From contig JALSJP010000007.1 of assembly GCA_026989265.1 (NCBI GenBank), forward strand, positions 34,949-98,948: a stretch of DNA of 64,000 nt, written 5' to 3'. Origin of the DNA: Micavibrio sp. (GTDB lineage: Bacteria; Pseudomonadota; Alphaproteobacteria; Micavibrionales; Micavibrionaceae). Numbering within the stretch: the first letter of the stretch is position 1; each line of letters starts with the position of its first letter. The notes under the pieces are model-generated. The model was given only the letters and a program-made list of their open reading frames with translations, was not told where the DNA came from and did no database searches. Shown one piece after another: positions 1 to 10,096 of this stretch. The translations under genes and the position numbers were made by a program.

Positions 1-43
1 TGTTGAATGGGTAGAACTTGACTTTAAAATCACCACGAAGCCA

Positions 44-205
44 CTAAGAACGCAAAGATGTTGAGAAACAAAGTGAAACTTTGTGATCTTCAGGGCTTCG
101 TGTAATTGTCATCCCCTCTCTGCGTTTTTTTAAGGCTCCAAATGATTGTTCAATGGGGTTGAAATCAGGGGGATAAGTCATACAAAAGTACAACATGCTT
201 CTTTC
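44..205 (-). pseudogene. IS630/Tc1-mariner family transposase, C-terminal relic
   Basis: Minus-strand frame reads ERSMLYFCMTYPPDFNPIEQSFGALKKRREGMTI... The PDxNPIE block carries the catalytic Glu of IS630-type DDE transposases. Only about 53 codons are open, bounded by stops, and there is no N-terminal part. Confidence 0.55.
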
Positions 206-323
206 TTATTCTAAAGTACTATAGCCCTCATCATGGATTACTTTGCTAGTCTAGAGCCATTGTAAATACCGCTTCTACACTGCCATCACGAAAGCTTTAG
301 GTGAGGGATTTTGGATTGATAAA

Positions 324-1490
324 TTAAGGCTCAACCCCCATAAGGCTGCGCGCATAATCACTGGCCTTAAACGCTTGCAAATCATCAATTTTTTCACCTA
401 TGCCTATTGCATGGACAGGAACGCCAAACTGATCGGCAAGCCCTATCAGAACGCCGCCCTTAGCCGAGCCATCAAGCTTAGTCACTATCAAGCCTGTAAC
501 ATCAACCATTTTCTTAAATGTCTCGACTTGCGAGTAAGCATTTTGCCCCGTTGTAGAATCAAGCACTAATAAAGTAGAATGGGGGATGCTCTCATCTTTT
601 TTCTTCAAAACGCGGATAATTTTTTCCAGCTCTTCCATGAGGTTAGCTTTATTTTGCAGCCTTCCTGCCGTATCAATAAGCAAAACATCAATATTATCTG
701 ATTTTGCCTTTTCATATGCTTCATAAGCAACTGATGCTGCGTCCGCGCCAACATCTTTAGAAAACATAACCGCCCCGCTCCTCTCTGCCCACTCGCCTAG
801 CTGCTCAGTTGCAGCCGCGCGGAAGGTATCACCCGCAGCCACCATAACAGACAAGCCATCTTCTTTTTGGAACTTCTCCATATATTTCCCAATAGTCGTG
901 GTTTTTCCCGCGCCATTAACGCCGCAAACCAGTATCACATATGGCGAGGATGCAGATTTATCAATATTCAAAGGCTTAGCCACAGACTCTAATATGCTTG
1001 TAATGCTTTGCGCCAAAGCTTCTTTTATCTCCTCTTCGGATATATCCTTGCCAAATCTATCTTTGGAGAAATCCTCAATAACGCGAGCCGCCGTTTTTGG
1101 CCCTAAATCAGCCTCAATCAAAATATCTTCCAGCGCGTCCAATGCATCTTGGTCTAGCTTAGATTTAGTGATTATATCACCAAGCCCTTTGGTGATTTTG
1201 GATGATGATTTACCAAGACTGCTTGTTAGGCGTGAAAGCCAGCCACCCTCATTTGAATGGTCATTCTCAAGATCATCTTCTATATTATCCTCAGGAGTTG
1301 GCGTAATTTCCAAAGCGTCAATAACGTCATTATCTTTTTCTTGAAGCTCACTTTGGATTGGATCACCCGAAAGCTCCGCCACATAATCAGTGGAAGGCTC
1401 TAACTCTGGCTCACCAACGGGGTGCAGCATTTCTTGATCGCGATCATCTTGCTCTTGATCTTTAAGGTTATTTCTTTTGCGCCAAAACAT
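324..1490 (-). CDS. ftsY: Signal recognition particle receptor FtsY
   Basis: SRP-GTPase NG domain motifs GVNGAGKTTTIGK, DTAGR and TKLDGSAKGG, with an acidic N-terminal A domain. Confidence 0.95.
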   Translation of the reverse strand: MFWRKRNNLKDQEQDDRDQEMLHPVGEPELEPSTDYVAELSGDPIQSELQEKDNDVIDALEITPTPEDNIEDDLENDHSNEGGWLSRLTSSLGKSSSKITKGLGDIITKSKLDQDALDALEDILIEADLGPKTAARVIEDFSKDRFGKDISEEEIKEALAQSITSILESVAKPLNIDKSASSPYVILVCGVNGAGKTTTIGKYMEKFQKEDGLSVMVAAGDTFRAAATEQLGEWAERSGAVMFSKDVGADAASVAYEAYEKAKSDNIDVLLIDTAGRLQNKANLMEELEKIIRVLKKKDESIPHSTLLVLDSTTGQNAYSQVETFKKMVDVTGLIVTKLDGSAKGGVLIGLADQFGVPVHAIGIGEKIDDLQAFKASDYARSLMGVEP

Positions 1491-1543
1491 ATCGATAGCT
1501 CCTATAATTTATAAGAAAATCATATGCCTTTTAATACATCTAA

Positions 1544-2779
1544 TCAAGACAAGCTTTGATTATCAATAGATTTCACATGAACATTAACCAGTGAGCCTAT
1601 TTCTAAATCATTTGAAATATTAACGGGCAGGAAATTCTCGGCGCGACCAACTCCGCCTTTTTCAACCAAAACAGATAAATTCTTGCCTATATTGCGTTTT
1701 AGCAATTTAGCCACCTGCGCCTCTCCTAACACTCTAAGACGCGCTGCGCGCTCTTTTCGAACAGGAACATCAACTTGATTTGGAATACGAGCCGCGGGAG
1801 TCCCCTCGCGCTCCGAGTAAGGAAACACGTGCAAATAAGTAATATCGCACTCCTCGACAATGCGCATAGTATTTAAGAACATCTCCTCACTTTCGGTAGG
1901 AAAGCCAGCGATAATATCCGCGCCAAACGCTATATCAGGGCGCAAATCACGCGCTCTTGCACATACATCTATAACATCTTGCCTTAAATGCCTGCGCTTC
2001 ATGCGCTTTAATATCATGTCATCACCCGCTTGCAATGATAAATGTAAATGCGGCATAAGGCGCGGCTCATGTTCGATTAAGTGCCATAAATCATCATCAA
2101 TCATGGCGGGATCAAGCGAGGATAGGCGCAATCTCTTTAGCTCTGGCACAAGAGCAAGCACGCGCCTTATCATCTGCCCAAAGCTAGGGCTACTCGGCAA
2201 ATCCGCGCCATAAGAAGTAACGTCAACGCCGCTAAATACGACTTCATTATATCCACTAATCACCAATTTACGAAGCTGATCTGCTATAACCCCCATAGGA
2301 ACAGAGCGCGAAGCTCCCCGCCCATAAGGGATAATGCAAAAAGTGCAGCGATTATCACAGCCATTTTGCACCTGCAAAAAAGCGCGGCTCTTATCCTCAT
2401 ATCCATCAATTAAATGAGCGGCAGTCTCCTTCACCGACATAATATCATTAACGAGGATTTTTGCTTCCGCGCCCCAACTATCCGCCTGTAACTTAAGGTC
2501 ATTGCCAATTACTTGGTCAACCTCCGCCATGCTTGCATATCTATCAGGGGTTATCTGAGCGCTGCACCCCGTTACGATAATCTTAGCCGTCGGGTTTTCC
2601 CGCCGCGCCCGCCTTATTGATTGGCGAGCTTGCCGCTCCGCCTCTTTAGTCACCGCGCAAGTGTTAAAGATTATAGCGCCGCCAAGCCCCGCATTTGTGG
2701 CATGGTCACGCATAACCTCGCTCTCATAGAAATTAAGGCGACATCCGAATGTTTTAATCTCAGGAGGCTTATCCTTCAT
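1544..2779 (-). CDS. mtaB: MiaB-like radical-SAM tRNA methylthiotransferase (MtaB type)
   Basis: N-terminal KTFGCRLNFYES block and radical-SAM cluster CDNRCTFC. Start placed at the internal Met (MKDKPPEIKTFGC) rather than 2806 to limit overlap with dapF. Confidence 0.85.
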   Translation of the reverse strand: MKDKPPEIKTFGCRLNFYESEVMRDHATNAGLGGAIIFNTCAVTKEAERQARQSIRRARRENPTAKIIVTGCSAQITPDRYASMAEVDQVIGNDLKLQADSWGAEAKILVNDIMSVKETAAHLIDGYEDKSRAFLQVQNGCDNRCTFCIIPYGRGASRSVPMGVIADQLRKLVISGYNEVVFSGVDVTSYGADLPSSPSFGQMIRRVLALVPELKRLRLSSLDPAMIDDDLWHLIEHEPRLMPHLHLSLQAGDDMILKRMKRRHLRQDVIDVCARARDLRPDIAFGADIIAGFPTESEEMFLNTMRIVEECDITYLHVFPYSEREGTPAARIPNQVDVPVRKERAARLRVLGEAQVAKLLKRNIGKNLSVLVEKGGVGRAENFLPVNISNDLEIGSLVNVHVKSIDNQSLS

Positions 2780-3542
2780 TAAGCTTGCCTTCAAATACAT
2801 ATGCAACAGCCCCGCTCATAAGTACATGATTGTCCCCCGTTAGCTCCATATCAAGCACTCCTCCATCAAGCTCTATTTGAGCTTTTCTCTCGACAAGCCC
2901 GCGCCTATGCGCTGCTACTATAACCGCGCACGCGCCAGAGCCACAAGCCTGCGTTAGCCCTACTCCGCGCTCCCAAGTTTTTTGGATAAGGTGAGTTTTA
3001 TCAATCGCTTGAACAAACTCAACATTGGTTTTACTGGGGAAATTTTCATGAGTTTCAAAATATACCCCCAGCTTTTCCACAGATATACCATCAAAGTTAT
3101 CCACAAAGAACACAAGATGCGGATTACCCATATTAACAGCAACGGGATTAGAAACACTGCCATGCGACAAGTCCAAATCGCGCACATTTTTTGGCTCGCC
3201 CATGTCAACTTGCACAAGCAAATCACCCACTTTCTTGCAATTTAATATGCCGTAAGTAAGCTCAATCGTGCATTCTTGCTTGCCCGTCTCGCTCATAATA
3301 ATATCAGCAACGCAGCGCGTAGCATTACCGCACGCCCCGCTTTCGCTTCCATCTGCATTAAAGTTATATGCTAATATATCGGCATTTTCTGAATGATCGA
3401 GAATAACAATCATATCCGCGCCAACGCCCCAATGACGATCAGCAATCAAAGCCATATCATCTTGGCTCAGTATTATATTTTCTTCTCGCGCGTCAAAGAT
3501 AACAAAATCATTACCTAAACCGTGCATTTTCCTAAATTTCAT
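2769..3542 (-). CDS. dapF: Diaminopimelate epimerase
   Basis: MHGLGNDFVIFD start block and the two catalytic Cys motifs GNATRC and ACGSGACA. Confidence 0.93.
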   Translation of the reverse strand: MKFRKMHGLGNDFVIFDAREENIILSQDDMALIADRHWGVGADMIVILDHSENADILAYNFNADGSESGACGNATRCVADIIMSETGKQECTIELTYGILNCKKVGDLLVQVDMGEPKNVRDLDLSHGSVSNPVAVNMGNPHLVFFVDNFDGISVEKLGVYFETHENFPSKTNVEFVQAIDKTHLIQKTWERGVGLTQACGSGACAVIVAAHRRGLVERKAQIELDGGVLDMELTGDNHVLMSGAVAYVFEGKLNEG

Positions 3543-3798
3543 AATATTACACTTCCATCACGTTATTACCGCGCTTTTAAATTAATACAAAATCACTTGA
3601 CACAAACGCACATAAAGCATAGTTTAACGCAAATTTCCACTGAAAAGCTATTTTTTCGGTGCTTAACGGTACACCGCATTCGGCGAATTTACGCTCAATG
3701 TGGATTTTTAGGTTATGTTATACAGTCACGAACGTAAGCGTATAAAAATACGGTAGTGACAAAATGACGAAGTAAGAAAGTAAAGTGGTAAGACTATA

Positions 3799-5358
3799 AT
3801 GTTTGACTCACTCAGTGAAAAATTAGGCGGAGTATTTTCAAAGCTAAGAGGCAAGGCATCTCTTAGTGAAAATGATGTTATGGCGGTCAGCCGTGAGATC
3901 CGCATTGCCTTACTAGAAGCCGACGTAGCCCTTCCCGTTGTTAAGGATTTTATCACAACAATAAAAGAGCAAGCCACTGGTCAAAAAGTCACCAAAGGCG
4001 TTAATCCCGCGCAGCAAGTTATCAAAATCGTCCATGACGCGCTGGTTGAGATGCTTGGCTCTACTAATTCAGAGCTACAATTTGCGACTTCGCCTTGTGC
4101 CTATCTTATGGTTGGGCTGCAAGGCTCTGGTAAAACCACTTCAACGGCTAAAATCGCGAAAATACTCACTGATAGGCATAATAAAAAAGTTTTAATGGCA
4201 TCGTTGGATGTCTATCGCCCCGCTGCGCAAGAGCAGCTTAAAATATTGGGCGAGCAAACCAAGGTTGCAACTCTCCCGATTATAGAGGGTCAAAAGCCCC
4301 TAGATATCGCAAAGCGAGCAATGGAGGCAGCGCGCAAAGAAGGCTATGACGTTGTGATGCTTGATACAGCGGGCAGGCTTTCCATTGATGAAGAAATGAT
4401 GCTCGAAATTGAGGTTATCAAAAAATTCGCAAAGCCTGTTGAAACGCTTCTTATCGCCGATGCTATGACGGGACAAGATGCGGTAAATACAGCTAAAATA
4501 TTCAATGACCGCGTGGAAATTAGCGGCATTATGCTAACTCGAATCGATGGTGACGCGCGCGGCGGCGCGGCGATGTCGATGAAGGCGGTCACGGGAAAAC
4601 CCATCAAACTGCTTGGCACTGGTGAGAAATGGACAGAAATTGAGCCGTTTCACCCCGAGCGAGTGGCAGGCAGAATATTAGGTATGGGCGACATTGTCTC
4701 TCTTGTCGAAAAGGCAACCGAGACCGTTGATCAAGACGAAGCCATAAAAATGGCGAAAAAGCTCAAAAAAGGGCAATTTGACTTTAATGACCTTCTTATG
4801 CAAATACAGCAAATGAATAAAATGGGTGGCATGGGTTCACTTATGAAAATGCTACCGGGTTTAAGCTCTATGGCGGGCAAGCTTGAAGAAGCGGGCATGA
4901 ATGATGGTTTAATCAAAAAGCAAGAAGCCATTATTTATTCCATGACTAAAAAAGAACGTGCAAAGCCTGACTTGCTCAATGGCTCGCGCAAAAAGCGCAT
5001 CGCTGCTGGATCAGGGACAAGCGTCCAAGAAGTTAACATGATCGTAAAACAGCAAAAACAAATGCAAATGATGATGAAGAAAATGCGCAAAATGGGCAAG
5101 GGTCAGATGATGGGCATGATGAAAAATATGATGGGTGATAAAGCAGGCGAGCTTGAATTAATGGCGGAAAGCATGGATCCTGACGCTCTTGGCGCGGATA
5201 TGGCGGCGGCTAGTAATTCACCACTTGGCGCAAATCCTTTTGCTGCGGGCGGCTCTATAATGGGCGGAACTGGCGGCGGTATGGGAATTATGGGAGCTGG
5301 CGGCATGCCTGCACTATCGCGCGGTGGCACCAAGAAAAATCGGAAGAAAAAACGGTAA
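3799..5358 (+). CDS. ffh: Signal recognition particle protein Ffh
   Basis: GLQGSGKTTSTAK, DTAGR and TRIDGDARGG motifs. Met-rich M domain followed by a long Met/Gly-rich tail. Confidence 0.95.
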   Translation: MFDSLSEKLGGVFSKLRGKASLSENDVMAVSREIRIALLEADVALPVVKDFITTIKEQATGQKVTKGVNPAQQVIKIVHDALVEMLGSTNSELQFATSPCAYLMVGLQGSGKTTSTAKIAKILTDRHNKKVLMASLDVYRPAAQEQLKILGEQTKVATLPIIEGQKPLDIAKRAMEAARKEGYDVVMLDTAGRLSIDEEMMLEIEVIKKFAKPVETLLIADAMTGQDAVNTAKIFNDRVEISGIMLTRIDGDARGGAAMSMKAVTGKPIKLLGTGEKWTEIEPFHPERVAGRILGMGDIVSLVEKATETVDQDEAIKMAKKLKKGQFDFNDLLMQIQQMNKMGGMGSLMKMLPGLSSMAGKLEEAGMNDGLIKKQEAIIYSMTKKERAKPDLLNGSRKKRIAAGSGTSVQEVNMIVKQQKQMQMMMKKMRKMGKGQMMGMMKNMMGDKAGELELMAESMDPDALGADMAAASNSPLGANPFAAGGSIMGGTGGGMGIMGAGGMPALSRGGTKKNRKKKR

Positions 5359-5432
5359 TTTAATTTTAACTACAGAGAATTTAACAAACTAAACCACAAC
5401 TGATCGCATTATGTAAACAAGGAGAAAGAAAC

Positions 5433-5882
5433 ATGGCACTATCAATCAGACTATCACGAGGCGGACGTAAGAAACGCCCATTCTATCGCATTGTTGTTGC
5501 GGATAAACGTATGCCTCGCGACGGGCGTTACATCGAAAAATTGGGTACATATAACCCGCTTTTGAATGATGACAACGAAAACCGCGTACAGCTTGTGACA
5601 GAGCGCGTGCAATATTGGATTGGACAGGGCGCAAAACCGTCAGAGCGCGTGGCTAAATTCCTTGGAAAAGCAGGGCTTATAGATATGCCAGCTATTCCAA
5701 ATCGCCCGAACAAAGCTGAACCTTCTGAAAAAACAAAGCTGAGACTTGCTGATAAACAAGAAAAGCTAGAAGCTGCCAAAGAAGCCGCCGAAGCTGCAAA
5801 AGCTGAAGCAAAAGAAGCTGCAAAAGCCGCCGCTGAAGCTCCCGCTGAGGAAGTTAAAGAAGAAGAAAAAGCTGCTGAGTAA
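5433..5882 (+). CDS. rpsP: 30S ribosomal protein S16 with Ala/Glu/Lys-rich C-terminal extension
   Basis: [20 protein letters not shown]16 N-terminus. Sits in the ffh-rpsP-rimM-trmD-rplS order. Confidence 0.95.
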   Translation: MALSIRLSRGGRKKRPFYRIVVADKRMPRDGRYIEKLGTYNPLLNDDNENRVQLVTERVQYWIGQGAKPSERVAKFLGKAGLIDMPAIPNRPNKAEPSEKTKLRLADKQEKLEAAKEAAEAAKAEAKEAAKAAAEAPAEEVKEEEKAAE

Positions 5883-5889
5883 TATTAAC

Positions 5890-6411
5890 ATGACCAGCCC
5901 TGAAAATACTGACAAACGTATATGCGTAGGCAAAATATCCTCTTCTCATGGCGTTAAGGGGCTGGTTAAAATTGTGCCATTTGCGGAGGATACCAACCTT
6001 TTAAGCGGCAAACTCTACACGGGTGAGACTGGCGATGATACGCTTGATATCACGCTCAAAAATTCTTCTGGCAAGTATATTCTCGCGCAAATTGATGGAA
6101 TAACCTCGCCTGAGCAAGCTAAATTACTCAAATGTTCACTATATGTTTCACGTGAAACATTGCCAGAAATCAATAATGATGATGAATTTTACATCGAAGA
6201 TATCGCAGGGTTAAACGCCCTAAACAATAATAATGAAACGATTGGTAGCATAATTGCTGTGCAGAATTACGGCGCTGGAAACCTTCTCGAAATAAAGCCA
6301 AAATCTGGAGATTCGTATTTCGTGCCATTCCAAAGTGAATATGTAAAAAATATAGATTTAGATAGCAAAACTATCATAATTGAAAATGCGCAAAATTTTA
6401 TTATAGAGTAG
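5890..6411 (+). CDS. rimM: 16S rRNA processing protein RimM
   Basis: ICVGKISSSHGVKGLVKI N-terminal block. Lies between rpsP and trmD. Confidence 0.9.
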   Translation: MTSPENTDKRICVGKISSSHGVKGLVKIVPFAEDTNLLSGKLYTGETGDDTLDITLKNSSGKYILAQIDGITSPEQAKLLKCSLYVSRETLPEINNDDEFYIEDIAGLNALNNNNETIGSIIAVQNYGAGNLLEIKPKSGDSYFVPFQSEYVKNIDLDSKTIIIENAQNFIIE

Positions 6412-6416
6412 ATATA

Positions 6417-7127
6417 ATGCATTTTAACTTACTCACCCTATTCCCTGAAATGTTCCCAGCCAGCCTTGGGCAATCAATAAGCGGGAAAGCACTTGATAAA
6501 GGCTTATGGTCATATGAGTGCGTAGCTATTCGCGACTTTGCAGCAAACAAACATAAAAGCGTCGATGGTGCGCCATTTGGCGGCGGCGCGGGCATGGTTA
6601 TGCGCCCCGATGTAATAGAATCTGCCCTGCTCTCTATTACGAAAGAAAAGCAAGGGCGCAAAATATATATGAGTCCGCGCGGAAAACTACTAACGCAAGG
6701 ATTGGTCAAAGAACTATCGCAAGAGCCAGAAATTACCATTCTTTGCGGGCGTTATGAGGGCGTGGATCAGCGCGTACTTGATGCCCATGAGTTTGAAGAA
6801 ATAAGCATTGGCGATTATGTCTTATCAGGTGGTGAACCTGCCGCACTCATAGTTATGGATGCATGCATAAGGCTGCTTGACGGAGTTATGGGAAACATCT
6901 CAACCCCCGATGAAGAGAGCTTTTCCAATGGTTTGCTGGAATATCCACATTACACAAAACCAGCGAAATGGAATGATATGACTGTGCCTGAAATCCTAAC
7001 CTCTGGTCATCACAAAAATATCAAAGCTTGGCGACAAGAGCGATCCGAAGAGATAACCAAAAAACGCCGCCCCGATATTTGGAAAGAATATTTGGGAGAA
7101 ATACAAAATAGCCACGAAGGCAATTAA
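6417..7127 (+). CDS. trmD: tRNA (guanine37-N1)-methyltransferase
   Basis: FNLLTLFPEMF, CGRYEGVDQRV and IGDYVLSGGE motifs. Confidence 0.95.
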   Translation: MHFNLLTLFPEMFPASLGQSISGKALDKGLWSYECVAIRDFAANKHKSVDGAPFGGGAGMVMRPDVIESALLSITKEKQGRKIYMSPRGKLLTQGLVKELSQEPEITILCGRYEGVDQRVLDAHEFEEISIGDYVLSGGEPAALIVMDACIRLLDGVMGNISTPDEESFSNGLLEYPHYTKPAKWNDMTVPEILTSGHHKNIKAWRQERSEEITKKRRPDIWKEYLGEIQNSHEGN

Positions 7128-7218
7128 GGGCACGGAGTTACTCAAAGTTTTTATCTTGCAACAGCCCCATAATATAAAATCTCTGCATCTCCGAGCCTCC
7201 GCGTGAAAAGTAATATGG

Positions 7219-7238
7219 ATTCCAGCCCCCGCTGGAAT
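7219..7238. repeat. REP-like palindrome ATTCCAGC-CCCC-GCTGGAAT in the trmD-rplS spacer
   Basis: Perfect 8-bp inverted repeat with a 4-nt loop, embedded in GGATTCCAGCCCCCGCTGGAATGACG. GGAATGAC recurs 14 nt downstream. Confidence 0.4.
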
Positions 7239-7388
7239 GACGTGGTAATGGAATGACTTCGCGTTTTGAAAAAAACAGCTTGTAATGTGGGCTTATATGC
7301 TATAAAAAGGGCGCGAATTGGAGCAATCCGTCAATTAAAAACACAAAAAACAGCTTAAACAATAGCTTTAAGCAAAAAGGATAAGACA

Positions 7389-7820
7389 ATGAATATAGTA
7401 GAAAAATTCGAAGCCAAACAGCTCGATAAACTAAAAGCCACAAAAGAAGTTCCTAGCTTTGGCGCTGGCGATACCATTAAAGTAAATGTGAAAATCAAAG
7501 AAGGCACGCGTGAGCGTATTCAAGCCTATGAGGGCGTTTGCATCTCTCGCGAGGGCGGCGGCATCAATGAAAACTTCACAGTTCGCAAAATCAGCTATGG
7601 CGAAGGCGTAGAACGTGTATTCGCATTATGGAGCAACCGCATTGATTCAATTGAGCTAATCAGACGCGGTAAAGTTAAACGCGCAAAGCTTTATTATCTT
7701 CGTGATCGCCGCGGTAAAGCTGCTAGAATCGCCGAGCGCACAACTGGTCATGACATTGATAAAAACCCAGTTAAAAAGGTTAAAAAAGCCAAGAAGGCTA
7801 AGAAAGCAGCTACAAAGTAG
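7389..7820 (+). CDS. rplS: 50S ribosomal protein L19
   Basis: [14 protein letters not shown] and [17 protein letters not shown]19 blocks, with a Lys-rich tail. Confidence 0.95.
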   Translation: MNIVEKFEAKQLDKLKATKEVPSFGAGDTIKVNVKIKEGTRERIQAYEGVCISREGGGINENFTVRKISYGEGVERVFALWSNRIDSIELIRRGKVKRAKLYYLRDRRGKAARIAERTTGHDIDKNPVKKVKKAKKAKKAATK

Positions 7821-7850
7821 CTAACCTCCAAGTCATTTAAAAAATAAATT

Positions 7851-7880
7851 AGAGCTTTCCAACCTGAAGGCTCTTTTTTG
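7851..7880 (+). terminator. Rho-independent terminator after rplS (also downstream of the convergent 7904-8548 gene)
   Basis: Stem AGAGCTTTC / GAAGGCTCT (9 bp, one G-U), 6-nt loop, then TTTTTT. Confidence 0.75.
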
Positions 7881-7903
7881 TATCATCCTTTATATCATAA
7901 AAA

Positions 7904-8548
7904 TCACAGCTTAATGCTTGCACATATATTAGGCGCAGATATATCACATTTAAGATTGTCAAAATTAATGGGATCATAATTAGCATCAGGACTAGCTGGT
8001 TTAAAGTTATCAAAATAAATATCATATGTTTCCTGAGCCAAAGCACCATGGTTTTGTAGATCTTTTTGAGCGGACAAAGCATTTTCAATAAGATGTTTAG
8101 AAGCTCCCATTTCATTTGCTTGATGAACTATATTACCCATCTGACCATCTAAAAACTTCCAGTTTTGCATTTCATTATGATCTTCGACTAAATCACCTAA
8201 AGAATCATGATCGGCGATAGCCTCACCCCCAAGTTCTTCTACTAACTCATTATATGAATTAACAGCAGTCTGATTGGCAATATTATAATCAAACCTAACC
8301 GCTTCCATAAAATCAGGCAACGCGAAATAAGTAGCTCCGCTACCAAGTCCCTCTATTCCCATCTTATCTGGATCAAGTGAATTTCCTGACAATATTGCAT
8401 GGCTTTTGAAATATGCTGCTTGCTCATGATCGATGTTTAACTTAGCTGGGGTAATTGCGCCCTCTCCTGTTTGCCCCATAACATAAATATCATAATAACT
8501 GCTTGCTGTTTGAGCATTAAAATTAGTTTCTTTATTGACCTCAGCCAT
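7904..8548 (-). CDS. Hypothetical protein (orphan, 214 aa, acidic, no signal peptide or TM)
   Basis: Long uninterrupted ORF between rplS and leuC. No motif recognised. Confidence 0.6.
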   Translation of the reverse strand: MAEVNKETNFNAQTASSYYDIYVMGQTGEGAITPAKLNIDHEQAAYFKSHAILSGNSLDPDKMGIEGLGSGATYFALPDFMEAVRFDYNIANQTAVNSYNELVEELGGEAIADHDSLGDLVEDHNEMQNWKFLDGQMGNIVHQANEMGASKHLIENALSAQKDLQNHGALAQETYDIYFDNFKPASPDANYDPINFDNLKCDISAPNICASIKL

Positions 8549-8695
8549 ATTAAATCACCCTTTAAATTATCATTTTGCATAACTGCGGAGTATAACCCAA
8601 GTAAATGCAAATAAATTACTATACAAACTCGACAATTGCCTCATTTCGAACTATACCCTAAATATATTAATAAAACTTAAAGCATAAGCAAAACA

Positions 8696-10096
8696 ATGAG
8701 CAAACGCACATTATATCAAAAAATCTGGGATGATCACGTTATTAAGAGGCAAGATGATGGCACTTGCCTTATCTATATTGATCGCCACCTTATCCATGAA
8801 GTAACCTCACCGCAAGCGTTTGAGGGGCTTAGAATGGCAGGGCGCGGCGTTAGAAAGCCTCAAAATACTTTGGCGGTGCTAGACCATAACGTGCCAACAA
8901 CTGACCGCAGCCAACCTATTGAGGAAGGCGATAGCAAGACTCAAATCGAGACATTGCGCTCTAACTGCGAAGAGTTTGGCGTACAGCTATTTGATCTGCA
9001 TGATAAGCGGCAAGGCGTTGTCCATATAATCGGGCCCGAGCAAGGCTTTACCCTTTCGGGCATGACTATAGTTTGCGGGGATAGCCATACCTCTACTCAT
9101 GGCGCGTTTGGCTCGCTAGCCTTTGGCATTGGCACTTCCGAGGTGGAGCATGTGCTTGCCACACAAACCCTAATCCAAAAGCCGTCCAAGAATATGCGCA
9201 TCACTGTCAATGGAGAGCTTGCCGCAGGGATTAGCGCAAAAGACATGATCTTGCATATTATCGGCGTTATTGGAACGGCGGGCGGAACGGGCTATGTTAT
9301 TGAATATGCGGGCGAGGCGGTGCGCGGGCTATCTATGGAAGGGCGCATGACCATATGTAATATGAGCATAGAAGCTGGCGCGCGGGCGGGACTTATCGCT
9401 CCTGATGATGTGACATTTGAGTATATAAAAGCTCGCCCAATGTCGCCAAAAGGCGAGGAATTATACCAAGCCATAGCATATTGGAAAACCCTATTTTCTG
9501 ATGATGGCGCGGTATTTGACAAGGAAATAACAATTGAGGCGAGCGATATCGCCCCTACCCTAACATGGGGTACAACTCCCGAAGACGTAGTGCCAATTAC
9601 TGGCTGCGTGCCGTATCCAAAGGATTTCACGGGCGAGGCAAAGCAAGAGTCAGTGCGCCGTATGCTTGATTATATGGGGCTAAAATCAGGCACTAAAATG
9701 CAAGATATACCGATTGATGCGGTGTTTATTGGCTCATGCACTAATGGCAGGATTGAGGATTTACGCGAGGTTGCCGCAATTGTTAAGGACAAGAAAGTCG
9801 CTGATAGCGTAGACGCAATGGTCGTTCCAGGTTCTGGACTTGTGAAAAAGCAAGCCGAAGAAGAAGGAATAGCCGATATATTAATAAAGGCGGGATTTGA
9901 CTGGCGCGAGGCGGGCTGCTCTATGTGCCTTGGTATGAATCCCGACCAGCTAAAACCTCAGCAACGCTGCGCCTCTACCTCTAACCGTAATTTTGAGGGA
10001 CGGCAGGGGCGAGGATCGCGCACTCACCTTGTATCACCCGCTATGGCGGCGGCGGCGGCAATCACAGGAAAGCTTACCGATGTCCGTAATCTCTAA
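8696..10096 (+). CDS. leuC: 3-isopropylmalate dehydratase large subunit
   Basis: Aconitase-family blocks [25 protein letters not shown] and CSMCLGMN. Confidence 0.95.
   Translation: MSKRTLYQKIWDDHVIKRQDDGTCLIYIDRHLIHEVTSPQAFEGLRMAGRGVRKPQNTLAVLDHNVPTTDRSQPIEEGDSKTQIETLRSNCEEFGVQLFDLHDKRQGVVHIIGPEQGFTLSGMTIVCGDSHTSTHGAFGSLAFGIGTSEVEHVLATQTLIQKPSKNMRITVNGELAAGISAKDMILHIIGVIGTAGGTGYVIEYAGEAVRGLSMEGRMTICNMSIEAGARAGLIAPDDVTFEYIKARPMSPKGEELYQAIAYWKTLFSDDGAVFDKEITIEASDIAPTLTWGTTPEDVVPITGCVPYPKDFTGEAKQESVRRMLDYMGLKSGTKMQDIPIDAVFIGSCTNGRIEDLREVAAIVKDKKVADSVDAMVVPGSGLVKKQAEEEGIADILIKAGFDWREAGCSMCLGMNPDQLKPQQRCASTSNRNFEGRQGRGSRTHLVSPAMAAAAAITGKLTDVRNL

Noticed and set aside
898-1344. 148-aa plus-strand ORF inside ftsY. 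Similar antisense ORFs occur inside rpoD (33016-33513), yajC (48375-48842), secD (46852-47619), leuB (13531-13992) and PilB (29543-30240).
   Set aside because: All lie fully within strong, motif-bearing genes on the opposite strand and have Ser/Leu/Ile-rich shadow-frame composition. They are treated as non-coding shadows.
5700-5880. Repetitive GAAGCTGCAAAAGC-type DNA. Also T/A-rich repetitive DNA at 48390-48560 and the Met/Gly-rich stretch at 5040-5340.
   Set aside because: These are in-frame, low-complexity protein tails: the A/E/K tail of S16, the Lys-rich tail of YajC and the M-domain tail of Ffh. They are not tandem-repeat elements or CRISPR-like arrays.
9993-10079. N-terminal extension of the HD-GYP ORF ([23 protein letters not shown]...) given in the ORF track.
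   Set aside because: This stretch is an alternative frame of the leuC 3' end and is Arg-rich with low complexity. The ATG at 10080 gives a sensible protein start.
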